DNA of 35,399 nucleotides from a bacterium. GTDB taxonomy: Bacteria > UBA8248. The stretch is from the NCBI GenBank assembly GCA_965213685.1, contig CBDBZY010000008.1:1-35399 (forward strand), in the 5' to 3' direction. Both the position numbers and the translations under genes were made by a program. Below the pieces are notes generated by a model. The model saw nothing but the letters and a program-made list of their open reading frames with translations, did not search any database and had not been told where the DNA came from. Below are positions 9,311 through 18,878 of this stretch, piece by piece (positions within the stretch are counted from its first letter, which is position 1; each line of letters opens with the position of its first letter).

Positions 9311-12300
9311 AGAGGCACCCCACATCCCCGCTTGTCCGGTGCGCATCCGTTCGCGTTGCGGCGGTCCTGTTCGCTCCGCTTCCCCGCCTTGCCGGTTCAC
9401 GTCCCCGGTGTGTGCGGAGGGGAATGCGGGCGGGCGCGCTGGCCGCCGCCCTGGGGCTCGCCGCCGCACTCGGCCTGGGCGGCGGAGAGGCACTCGCCCA
9501 GAACGGATGCACGGGGCCTTTCGACCCCGCGCAGAGAGTCGAATGTAAGATTTCCAAGGATGGCGTCGATGTGGACATTGACCTGGAGAACGCCGCCATC
9601 TCGACGACGGGGGACCGCACCGACGGCGTCGCAGCCTCCCATTCGGGGAAGGGCGACATCGAGGTCGACGTCCAGGGCGGCTCGGTCGAGACGACGGGTG
9701 CGACGGCCGATGCCGTCGACGTCTTGCATACGGGGACGGGCGATACCACCATCACCCTCCAGGACGCCACCGTCGGGACGGCGGGGGACGTCGGTTCCCA
9801 TGGGATATATTCCAGGCATGAGGGCAGGGGGAGCATCGACGTCGTCCTCCGGGACGCGACCATCACGGTATCGGAGGGGAGGAGCTCCCACGGCGTCCGG
9901 CTCTTGCACGAAAGCGCGGGCGGCCGCCTCAAGGTCGACATGAAAGGGGGCGGCATCACGACGACGGGCGCGACTTCCAGCGCCATCTTCATAAGCCAGG
10001 CCATCTTCGGCCCCGACGCCTTCGGCGATGGCACCATCGACATCGACGTGGAGAACGCGGTCATCAAGACGATGGGCGACACCGCGGCCCATGCCATCTA
10101 CGGCTGGAAATCGATAGGGAGGGAGTCCGCGCAGGGCGACATCACCATCGACGTCCGGGAGACTGAGATAACGACGGCGGGCGCGGGTTCAGGCGGGGTT
10201 GTCGCCACGCAGTTCGGCGTGGGCGACGTCGCCATCGACGTCCAGGGCGGCTCGGTCGGGACGGCGGGCGCCGGCGCCTACGCGATAAACGCCACGCATG
10301 GCCGGACGGGGAACGTCTCCATCGACGTCCGGGAGGCTGAGATAACGACGACCGGCGCGATGGCTTCTGCCGTCGAAACCGCGCATACGGGGACGGGCGA
10401 TATCACCGTCACCCTCCAGGACGCCGCCGTCGGGACGCAGGGCGAAGGGTCCCACGGGATTGCCGCCACGCATTCCGATGTGAGCGACGATGCGGGCGAC
10501 GTCTCCATCGACGTCCAGGGCGGCTCGGTCAAGACGGAGAGCACCGGCGCCGGCGGGATATACGCCACGCATCGCGGCGAGGGGGACGTCGGCATCGACG
10601 TCCGGGGGGCTGAGATAACGACGGATGGCGCGACGGCTTCTGCCGTCGAAGCCTCGCATACGGGGACGGGCGATATCACCGTCACCCTCCAGGACGCCGC
10701 CATCGGGACGAAGGGCGAAGGGTCGCACGGGATTACCGCCGCGCATTCCGACGCGGGCGCCATCTCCATCGACGTCCAGGGCGGTTCGATCCAGGCGGCG
10801 GGCGCCGGCGCAGGCGGGATATTTGTCGCGCATCGCGGCGGCGAGGGGAACGTCGAGGTCGACGTGCAGGACGCCTCGGTCGAGACGAGGGGCGCGGGTT
10901 CCTACGGCGTCTTCAGCCGGCACGACACCGGCGCGGGCTCCATGAAGGTTGTCGTGGGTAGCGGGTCGGTGGTTCGCGCCGCCGGCGCGGGGTCGCGCGG
11001 TGTGCAGCTGGGCGAGGTGAACCCGGATACGGGCGCCGTGGACGGCGCCGCCGGGATGGACGAGGACGCCGGCTACCGGCGGCAGAGCGTCGCGGTGAAC
11101 GGCCGCGTGTTCGGCGGCTCGGGGGCTGGCGCGGGCGTGTATCTCGCCGGCGGCGGTCGCGTCCGGATCGGGCCTGCGGGGAGCGTGGGGGCGTCGTCGG
11201 GCGTGGCGATTCGCGCTGTGGGAGCGGACTCCGCGCTTCGGTTGGATATGGACCTGGACGGCCGCCGGGTGGAGGAGGCCATCCACGACGACTTCGTTCT
11301 CAACGAGGGGGGTGCGACGACGATCTTCGTGAACGGCGTGAAGGTGCACGACGGCACGCAGGGCGCGACCGGCGCGCTCGTCGAGAACGGGATACTGGAC
11401 GTCCGGCTCGTCGCGAGCGACCTCATCGCGGACAGGCAGTTTTCCGCGAGGGATTTTCTCCAGAACTACGCCCCCCGGGTGCCCGTCTACCAGGCCGCAC
11501 CAGACGTGCTGCTGCGCGCCTCGGAGGGTCTGGAAGGGGAGCGGGTCGCCTCTCCCGGCTCGCCGGTCTGGGCGCGGGTCTCCGTCGGGGAGGGCGCCCA
11601 CGCCTCGAGCGGCTCCGCACTCGACATGGAGTATGATTTGTCGCGCTATGAGGCGGAAGCCGGCCTGAACCTCTCGTTCGCCTCCGTGCAGGGGGCTGTC
11701 CGGGACCCTCTCGGTGCGCCACGTGGACGCTTCGGCGGACGTGGAGTCCTCGGACGGCGGGGGGGCGATCTGGAGGCGCAGGGTCTGGGCGCAGCGCTCG
11801 GCCTCTCGTATCGGACGGAGGGCCGGCTACTACGTGGACGGCCGCTTCTCGGTGGTGGCCTACGAGGTGGATTTCTCCTCTGACCTGCGGGGGCGATACG
11901 GGGGACACGGACGCGGAGAGCTACTCCCTGGCTCTGGGAGGCCGGTCGTCGCATCGCCCTCGGTGGCGGGATGAGCCTGACGCCGCGTGCGTGGCTGGTG
12001 CGCTCGACGGTTTCGGTGGACGGCTTCACGGACGCGCGCGGCACCCGGGTCTCCTTCCCGGACGCGGATCGCCTCGGGGTCGGCGGTGGGCGTGGTGGCG
12101 GAGTTCTCCCGCCAGCTGGACGGCGGGGAGCGGGAGTTCTCCCTGCGCGGCTCGGGCGGACTTCGGGCGAACGATAGACGGGGCGGAGACGACGGTGGAC
12201 CTCTCCACGGACCTCTCTCGAGAGAAGCTCAAGTCGGACCACGAGAAAAAACCACCTGCGCCTGGGGCTGGGCGGTTCTGCGCGCTGGGGCCGCTTCACG

Positions 12301-12388
12301 CTCGAGGGTGGCGTTCTTCGCGGGGCGGCCGTGGGTTCGGACGACAGCGAATACGGGCGGGCGCCTCTCCCTCGGAATCCGGTTCTAG
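9286..12388 (+). CDS. Autotransporter 1 (type Va) with beta-helix repeat passenger; barrel disrupted by many indels from ~11690 (sequencing error or pseudogene)
   Basis: Signal ALAAALGLAAALGLGGGEALA-Q and ~29-aa repeats (IDVQGGSVxTxGxxSHGIxAxH). The 3' part aligns base by base with the intact barrel of 18879..24380 and ends GGRLSLGIRF-TAG. Start either ATT 9286 or ATG 9424. Confidence 0.85.
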
Positions 12389-12435
12389 GGGGGACGGCGG
12401 CCGGAAAACGGGATGCGCCGAGGAAATCCGCCGGA

Positions 12436-12523
12436 GCAGCCTCAGCGTGCGGAAGCGGATGGTGAGTTGATGGCGCCGCTGATCGGCGTCGTTCCATAGA
12501 CCCGGCGTGAACGCCAGGGCACA
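12436..12523 (-). pseudogene. Decayed fragments of the TauE/SafE gene
   Basis: 12436-12501 matches 17287-17350 (6 mismatches plus a 2-nt indel by manual alignment). 12502-12523 matches 17518-17539. Confidence 0.85.
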
Positions 12524-12543
12524 CCGCAGGCGCACCGAATCAT

Positions 12544-12582
12544 AAACCCCCGCCCGGGACGCGCCCCGGGCGGGGGGTTTTT
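12544..12582 (+). terminator. Intrinsic terminator-like hairpin after autotransporter 1
   Basis: aaacccccgcccggg-acgcgc-cccgggcggggggttttt. Confidence 0.65.
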
Positions 12583-12647
12583 CCGTCGTCGCGGGCGGCC
12601 CCGGGCGCGCGCGCCCCTCCCTCTCCCCGCCGGGAGGAGGACGCCGC

Positions 12648-12676
12648 TTGATATTTGTGCATGTTTCATGTAGTAT
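12648..12676 (+). promoter_or_regulatory. Putative sigma70 promoter of autotransporter 2
   Basis: TTGATA-17 nt-TAGTAT. The -35 TTGATA is conserved at 9145 and 18735. Confidence 0.55.
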
Positions 12677-12804
12677 GCGAATCACACATGCCATTCTCTC
12701 ATGTGATTGTCTGACACCACGGCCGCCTCTCGCTTTGCCAGTGATTAATTAATCCGCATCGCGTCGCCGCCATGATGTCATCTCTCACATGGGAGGGAGC
12801 GAAA

Positions 12805-15800
12805 ATTTCCACTACAAAGAGACATCCCATATCCGCGCCTGTCCGGCGCACATCCGTTCGCGTTGCAACGGTCCGGTTTGCCGCACTTCCCCGCCTTGTC
12901 GGCGCGCGTCCCCCGGGGGGAATGCGGGCGCGCGCGCTGGCCGCCGCCCTGGGGCTCGCCGCCGCACTCGGCCTGGGCGGCGGAGAGGCACTCGCCCAGA
13001 ACGGATGCACGGGGCCTTTCGACCCCGCGCAAAGAGTCGAATGTGAGATTTCCGAGGATGGCGTCGATGTGGACATTGACCTGGAGAGCGCCGCCATCTC
13101 CACGACGGGGGACCGCACCGACGGCGTCGCGGCCTCGCATGCGGGGAAGGGCGCCGTCGAGGTCGACGTCCAGGGCGGCTCGGTCGAGACGGAGGGCTTG
13201 GAGGCCCATGCCTTCGACGCCTCGCATTCGGGGACGGGCGCCGTCGGCGTCGAAGTCCGGGAGGCGGAGATAACGGCGACAGGCTCGCGGGCCCATGCCT
13301 TCGACGCCTCGCATACGGGGATGGGCAATGTCGTCCTCACCGTCGAGGACACCGTCATCGAGACGGAGGGCGCCAGCGCCTTCGGGATACATGCCGAGCA
13401 TCGCAGCGCGGGGAACGTCGACGTCGTCCTCCGGGAGGCGACCCTCAAGGCGTTGGGGCCGTCCTTTAACCGCGGCGTCTCGCTCGCGCATCACGGCACG
13501 GGGAACCTTGGCGCCACCCTCCGGGACACGACCATCACGGCATCGGGGACGAGCGCCTACGGCCTCTGGCTCAGGCACCAAGGCGCGGGCGGCGACATCA
13601 AGATCGACATGCAAGGGGGCGGCGTCACGACGACGCTTGCGTCTTCCCCCGCCATCTTCGGCTCGAATGAATCTCTGGGGGAGGAACAGCAGGGCATCGT
13701 CGACATCGACGTGGAGAACGCGGTCCTCAAGACGATGGGCGACAGGTCCCATGGCGTCTACGGCTCGGAATCAGGCGCGGGCCAGCGTGGCGAAGTCGCC
13801 ATCGACGTCCGAGGCGGCTCGGTCGAGACGGCGGGCGCCAGCGCCGCCGGGATATATGGCGCGCGTCGAAGCGCGGGCGACGTCGACGTCGTCGTCCGCG
13901 ACACGCCCATCACGACATCGGGGGTGAGTTCCCACGGCGTCTGGCTCGCGCACCAGGGCGCGGGCGGCGGCGACATCAAGATCGACATGAAAGGGCGCAG
14001 CGTCACGACGACGAGCGTGACTTCCGTCGGCATCTACGGCTACCAGGCCCAAGGCAACGGCGGGATCGACATCGACGTGGAGAACGTGGTCATGCGGACG
14101 ACGGGCGTCGGCTCGTCCCATGGTATCTTCGGCTGGAATCAAGCCCAGGCGGAGGACCAGCAGGGCGGCATCGACATCGACGTCCGGGGCGGCTCCATCG
14201 AGACGGAGGGGGTCGGGTCGCTCGGGGTTGCCGGCTTGCATCAGGGTACGGGCAGCATCGCCGTCGACGTCCGGGACGGATCCGTCGAGACGAAGGGCGC
14301 CAATTCCTTCGGGATATATGCCGCGCTTCGCGGCGCGGGGAACGTTGACCTCGTCTCGCACGAGGCCACCATCGAGACGGAAGGCGCCGGTTCGGTCGGG
14401 ATTCTCGGCTCCCAGACGGGAGAGACGGGCGGGGTCGGCATCGACGTTCAGGGCGGCCGAATCCGCACGGAAGGAGATGGTGCCCACGCCATCGTCGGCC
14501 AGGTTCTCGGGACGGGAGGAGTGCGCGCAGACGTTCAGGGCGGCTCCCTGGAGACGACGGGCGCCGGCTCCCACGGGATATACGCCGCGCATCGCGGCGC
14601 GGGAAACATCGAGGTCATGATCTCGCACGACACGACCATCGAGACGAAGGGCGCCGGCTCCCACGGGATTTTCTTCTCCCGCTTGGCGGGGACGGGCGAG
14701 GCCGGCATCGACGCTCAGGGCGGCCGAATCCGCACGGAAGAAGATGATTCCCACGCCATCTACGGCCAGATTTCGGGTGCGGAGGACATCGGCATGGACG
14801 TCCGAAGCGTCGCGGTCGAGACGGCGGGCGCCCGCTCCCACGGGATATATTCCACGCATGCGGGCACGGGGAACATCGAGGTCGTCTTGCGCGAGGCCAC
14901 CGTCGAGACGACGGACGCAGACGCCCACGGGATTGTCGTCTCCCACACGGGAGAGACGGGTGCGGTCGGCATCGACGTTCAGGGCGGCTCCGTCAAGACG
15001 GCGGGCGTCGGCTCCCACGGGATATATTCCACGCATGCGGGCACGGGGAACGTCGAGGTCGTCTTGCGCGAGGCCATCATCGAGACGGCGGACGCAGACG
15101 CCCACGGGATTGTCGTCTCCCAGACGGGAGAGACGGGCGCGGTCGGCGTTGACGTTCAGGGCGGCCGAATTCGCACGGAAGGAGATGCTTCCCACGCCAT
15201 CTTCGGCCAGGTTTCCGGGACGGGAGGAGTGCGCGCAGACGTCCGGAGCGTCGCGGTCGAGACGGCGGGCGCCGGCTCCCACGGGATATATTCCACGCAT
15301 GCGGGCACGGGGAACATCGAGGTCGTCTTGCGCGAGGCCATCATCGAGACGGCGGACGCAGACGCCCACGGGATTATCGGCTCCCAGACGGGAGAGACGG
15401 GCGCGGTCGGCGTTGACGTTCAGGGCGGCCGAATCCGCACGGAAGGAGATGCTTCCCACGCCATCTTCGGCCAGGTTTCCGGGCCGGGGGGAGTGCGCGC
15501 AGACGTCCGGAGCGTCGCGGTCGAGACGGCGGGCGCCGGCTCCCACGGGATATACGGCCGGCATGAGACCGGCGCCGGCTCCATGATGGTTCTCGTGGAC
15601 AGCGCGTCGGCGGTTCGCGCCGTTGGCGCGGGGGCGCGCGGGATTCAGCTGGGCGCGGTGAACCCGGAGACGGGCGCCGCGGAGGGCGCCGCCGGGATGG
15701 ACGCGGAAGGCTACCGCCGCCAGAGCGTCGTGGTGAACGGCCGCGTGTTCGGCGGCGCGGGTTCTGGCGCGGGCGTGTATCTCGCCGGCGGCGGTCGCGT

Positions 15801-17001
15801 CCGGATCGGGCCGGCGGGGAGCGTGGGGGCGTCGTCGGGGGTGGCGATTCACGCTGCGGGAGACGCGCCCGCGCTTCTGTGGGAGATGGAGCTGGACGGC
15901 CGCTGGGTGGATGCGATCATCTACGACGACTTCGTTCTCAACGACGGGGGTGCGACGACGATCTTCGTGAACGGAGTGAAGCTGCACGACGGCGCGCGGG
16001 GTGCGACCGGCGCGATCGCCCAGGACGGGGTGCGGGACATCACGCTCATCGCGAGCGACATCATCGCGGACAGGGATTTTTCGGCGAAGGATTTCATCCT
16101 GGCCTACGCGCCCCGGGTGCCCGTCTACCAGGCCGTGCCGGACGCGCTGCTGCGAATTGCGGAAGGGCTGGACGGGGAGCGCGTCGCCTTTCCCGACTCG
16201 CCGATCTGGGCGCGCGTCTCCGGCGGGAAGGGCGCCCACTCCTCGAGCGGCTCCGCACTCGACATGGAATATGATTTGTCGCGCTATGAGGCGGAAGCCG
16301 GCCTGAACCTCTCGTTTCCCTTCGTCCGGGGGCTGGTAGGCGCCCTCTCGGTGCGCCACGTGGACGCTTCGGCGGACGTGAAATCCTCGGACGGCGGGGG
16401 CGAGGTGGAAGCAAAGGGTCTGGGCGCAGCACTCGGGCTCTCCTGGCGGACGGAGGCCGGCTACTACCTGGAGGGCCGCTTTTCGCTGACCTCCTACGAC
16501 CTGGAGCTCTCCTCTGACCTGCGGGGCGATATGGGGGATGCGGACGCGGAGAGCCATTCCCTGGATCTGGAGGCCGGCCGGCGCATCGCACTCGGGGGCG
16601 GGATGAGCCTGACGCCCCGGGCGTGGCTGGTGCGCTCGAGGGTTTCCGTGGACGGCTTCACGGACCCGGAGGGCACCCGCGTCTCCTTCCCGGATGCGGA
16701 GCGCCTCCGGGTCGGCGGGGGCGTGGTGGCGGAGCTCTCCCGCAAGCTGGATGGCGGGGAGCGGGAGTTCTCCGTGCGCGGTTCGGCCGATTTCGGGCGG
16801 ACGATAGACGGGGCGGAGACGGCGGTGGACCTCTCCGGAGAGAGGTTCCGGTCAAAGCACAGGGAAACCCGCCTCCTCCTGGGACTGGGCGCGCGCTGCC
16901 GCTGGGGCCGCTTCACGCTCGAGGGCGCGTTCTTCGCGGGCGGCGTCGGTTCGGACGACAGCCAACACGGCGGGCGCCTCTCCCTCGGAATGCGGTTCTA
17001 G
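12805..17001 (+). CDS. Autotransporter 2 (type Va), intact, repeat passenger plus C-terminal beta-barrel
   Basis: ORF 12772..17001. Signal peptide ending EALA-Q, many VQGGxxxTxGxxSHGI repeats, barrel (WARVSGG...LEAGRR...LTPRAWL) ending LGMRF. Start ATT 12805 proposed; alternatives are ATG 12772 and ATG 12922. Confidence 0.92.
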   Translation: MSTTKRHPISAPVRRTSVRVATVRFAALPRLVGARPPGGMRARALAAALGLAAALGLGGGEALAQNGCTGPFDPAQRVECEISEDGVDVDIDLESAAISTTGDRTDGVAASHAGKGAVEVDVQGGSVETEGLEAHAFDASHSGTGAVGVEVREAEITATGSRAHAFDASHTGMGNVVLTVEDTVIETEGASAFGIHAEHRSAGNVDVVLREATLKALGPSFNRGVSLAHHGTGNLGATLRDTTITASGTSAYGLWLRHQGAGGDIKIDMQGGGVTTTLASSPAIFGSNESLGEEQQGIVDIDVENAVLKTMGDRSHGVYGSESGAGQRGEVAIDVRGGSVETAGASAAGIYGARRSAGDVDVVVRDTPITTSGVSSHGVWLAHQGAGGGDIKIDMKGRSVTTTSVTSVGIYGYQAQGNGGIDIDVENVVMRTTGVGSSHGIFGWNQAQAEDQQGGIDIDVRGGSIETEGVGSLGVAGLHQGTGSIAVDVRDGSVETKGANSFGIYAALRGAGNVDLVSHEATIETEGAGSVGILGSQTGETGGVGIDVQGGRIRTEGDGAHAIVGQVLGTGGVRADVQGGSLETTGAGSHGIYAAHRGAGNIEVMISHDTTIETKGAGSHGIFFSRLAGTGEAGIDAQGGRIRTEEDDSHAIYGQISGAEDIGMDVRSVAVETAGARSHGIYSTHAGTGNIEVVLREATVETTDADAHGIVVSHTGETGAVGIDVQGGSVKTAGVGSHGIYSTHAGTGNVEVVLREAIIETADADAHGIVVSQTGETGAVGVDVQGGRIRTEGDASHAIFGQVSGTGGVRADVRSVAVETAGAGSHGIYSTHAGTGNIEVVLREAIIETADADAHGIIGSQTGETGAVGVDVQGGRIRTEGDASHAIFGQVSGPGGVRADVRSVAVETAGAGSHGIYGRHETGAGSMMVLVDSASAVRAVGAGARGIQLGAVNPETGAAEGAAGMDAEGYRRQSVVVNGRVFGGAGSGAGVYLAGGGRVRIGPAGSVGASSGVAIHAAGDAPALLWEMELDGRWVDAIIYDDFVLNDGGATTIFVNGVKLHDGARGATGAIAQDGVRDITLIASDIIADRDFSAKDFILAYAPRVPVYQAVPDALLRIAEGLDGERVAFPDSPIWARVSGGKGAHSSSGSALDMEYDLSRYEAEAGLNLSFPFVRGLVGALSVRHVDASADVKSSDGGGEVEAKGLGAALGLSWRTEAGYYLEGRFSLTSYDLELSSDLRGDMGDADAESHSLDLEAGRRIALGGGMSLTPRAWLVRSRVSVDGFTDPEGTRVSFPDAERLRVGGGVVAELSRKLDGGEREFSVRGSADFGRTIDGAETAVDLSGERFRSKHRETRLLLGLGARCRWGRFTLEGAFFAGGVGSDDSQHGGRLSLGMRF
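15010..15552 (+). repeat. Near-perfect 264-bp (88-aa) tandem duplication inside autotransporter 2
   Basis: ggctcccacgggatata recurs at 15010, 15274 and 15538, with near-identical intervening sequence. A partial earlier copy lies at ~14797-14990. Confidence 0.9.
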
Positions 17002-17020
17002 AGGGCCGCCGCGGGCGCGG

Positions 17021-17773
17021 CTACGCCCGCGCCACGAGGAATTTGACGACCAAGCTCGTGGCGATGAGGAACAGCGCGACCCGTATGAGCCGGAAGAAAA
17101 GCGCCTGGTCGATGTGCTCCCGGATGCGGATGCCCACCCAGTATCCGGCGTACACGGGGAGGATGGCCAGCAGCGCGTCGGTGAGCAGGGGTTTCGTATA
17201 AAACCCCTGGAGGAAGAGGTTGGCGATGATGACGAGCATCCCCGCCGTGTTGAACGCGTTCATCAAAAAGATGAAGGGGTTCTTGGGCAGCCTCAGCATG
17301 CTGAAGTAGATGGTGTTGATGGCGCCGCTGATCGTCGTCGTCCCATAGACGAAGCCCAGAATCGCGCCCATGAGCGCGCCGAGTGCTCTTTGGAGAGCCG
17401 CGCCGAGCTCCTCGAAGGAGCCGAGGCGGCGCTCCACGATCAGGTACGCGTACGCCATGAGTCCCATCAGGAGGCGAATCAGGTCCGGGTCCCCGAACCC
17501 GAGGAACCAGACCCCCGCCGGTATGAACGCCAGGGCGCACGCGAGGTAGAGGGCTATCTCCCGGATGGCGCGCCATTCGGAGCGCAGGCGCCAGGTGTCC
17601 GTGATGTTCGAGACGAGGAGCGCCGGCACGAGGAGGGTGACGACGTTTTTCGGGGCGAGGAGGAGCGCGAGGAGGGGCACGGTCACCAGGGGCGTGCCGA
17701 AGCCGATGGAGCCTTTGACGAATCCCCCGAAGAGGAGAACGCAGGCGACGAAGAGGATTTCCGGTCCGCTCAT
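17021..17773 (-). CDS. TauE/SafE (TSUP) family membrane transporter
   Basis: GGFVKGSIGFGTPLVTVPLL N-terminal motif, about 8 hydrophobic segments, 250 aa. Confidence 0.88.
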   Translation of the reverse strand: MSGPEILFVACVLLFGGFVKGSIGFGTPLVTVPLLALLLAPKNVVTLLVPALLVSNITDTWRLRSEWRAIREIALYLACALAFIPAGVWFLGFGDPDLIRLLMGLMAYAYLIVERRLGSFEELGAALQRALGALMGAILGFVYGTTTISGAINTIYFSMLRLPKNPFIFLMNAFNTAGMLVIIANLFLQGFYTKPLLTDALLAILPVYAGYWVGIRIREHIDQALFFRLIRVALFLIATSLVVKFLVARA

Positions 17774-17827
17774 GCCGCCCCCGCAGCCGGTTGCATGCCC
17801 GCGCCAGCCCCCCCGCCGCGGCCGCCC

Positions 17828-18640
17828 CTATCCGGCAATGTCCTCGCCCCCGTCCACGCGAATCACGTCTCCCGTCATCCACCGGGCGCCGGGGGCGGCC
17901 AGGGCAGCGATGGCGTCGGCCACCTTGCCCGGCGTCGTGAGCTCTCCGTGCGGATTGACGTTTTTCGTATGGCGGATCATCTCGGCGTTGCCGGGAATCT
18001 TGCGCAGGGCGGGTGTGTCCGTGACGCCGGCCTGGATGCTGTTCGCCGTGATGCCCAGGGGCGCCAGCTCGACCGCGAGCTGCCGGACGTGGCTCTCCAG
18101 CGCGGCCTTGGCGGCCGATACGGCCCCGTAGGTTTTCCATATCCGGCGTCCGCCCGCGCTCGTCATGGCGTAGATGCGTCCCCCGGCGCCCATGAGGCCG
18201 CCCCGCACGAGCCCCTGCGTCCAGTACACCAGGCTGTGCGCCATGACGTCCAGGGTCATCTCCAGCTGCCTCGGGGTGATGGCGTCTTTCTCGGCCTCGG
18301 CGATGTAGGGCTTGAGGGTGCCGAAAGCCAGGCTGTGCAACAGGACGCGCACGGCGCCCCGCGCATCGTCTCCCAGGTGCTCGCGCATTTGCTCCAGAAC
18401 CTTCTCGCGCTCCGCGCCCCCCGCCGCGTTGACGTTGAAATAGACGGCCTCGGCGCCGTTTCGCCTGATCCCCTCCTGAATGCGCTCCGCGTTCGGCAGC
18501 GTGGCCTTCCTGTCGAGATGCACGCCAAAGATGTTCACCCCCAGGCTGGACAGCTTGAGGGCGTTCGCCTCCCCGAAGCCGCTGCTGGCTCCGAGTATGA
18601 GCGCCCAGCTCCCTTTCATGTCCATGTCCGATCTCGGCAC
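17828..18640 (-). CDS. SDR oxidoreductase, enoyl-ACP reductase FabL-like
   Basis: ILGASSGFG, YGAVSAAKAALES (YxxxxxxK spacing), AGVTDTPAL and WMTGDVIRVDGG. GTG start with an AAGGAG SD. Confidence 0.8.
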   Translation of the reverse strand: MPRSDMDMKGSWALILGASSGFGEANALKLSSLGVNIFGVHLDRKATLPNAERIQEGIRRNGAEAVYFNVNAAGGAEREKVLEQMREHLGDDARGAVRVLLHSLAFGTLKPYIAEAEKDAITPRQLEMTLDVMAHSLVYWTQGLVRGGLMGAGGRIYAMTSAGGRRIWKTYGAVSAAKAALESHVRQLAVELAPLGITANSIQAGVTDTPALRKIPGNAEMIRHTKNVNPHGELTTPGKVADAIAALAAPGARWMTGDVIRVDGGEDIAG

Positions 18641-18734
18641 CTTGTCCCTCTCCTCCTTTGCTGGATGTGCGGATGCTCCCCCTCTTCGGATGGGTTATAG
18701 CACACCCGGCCGGCGTCGGGGCGAGAGACGCCGC

Positions 18735-18764
18735 TTGATATTCGTTCCCGTTTCATGGTAATAG
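18735..18764 (+). promoter_or_regulatory. Putative sigma70 promoter of autotransporter 3
   Basis: TTGATA-18 nt-TAATAG, homologous to 12648-12676. Confidence 0.4.
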
Positions 18765-18878
18765 GCAAGCCATACGATGTCTCTTATGTGATTGTCCGGT
18801 CGCCTTAGACGTTCGTGAGGGCAATCCGCTTTGTGCCGCGCATGACGTCATCTCGCATGCATATGGGAGGAAGCGAAA

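Noticed and set aside
9499-9510. QNGC as a lipobox (lipidated autotransporter)
   Set aside because: It does not fit [LVI][ASTVI][GAS]C. The A-L-A motif before Q is a signal peptidase I site.
16522-16530. RGD motif in autotransporters 2 and 3
   Set aside because: It lies in the beta-barrel rather than the passenger, and RGD is common by chance in GC-rich genes.
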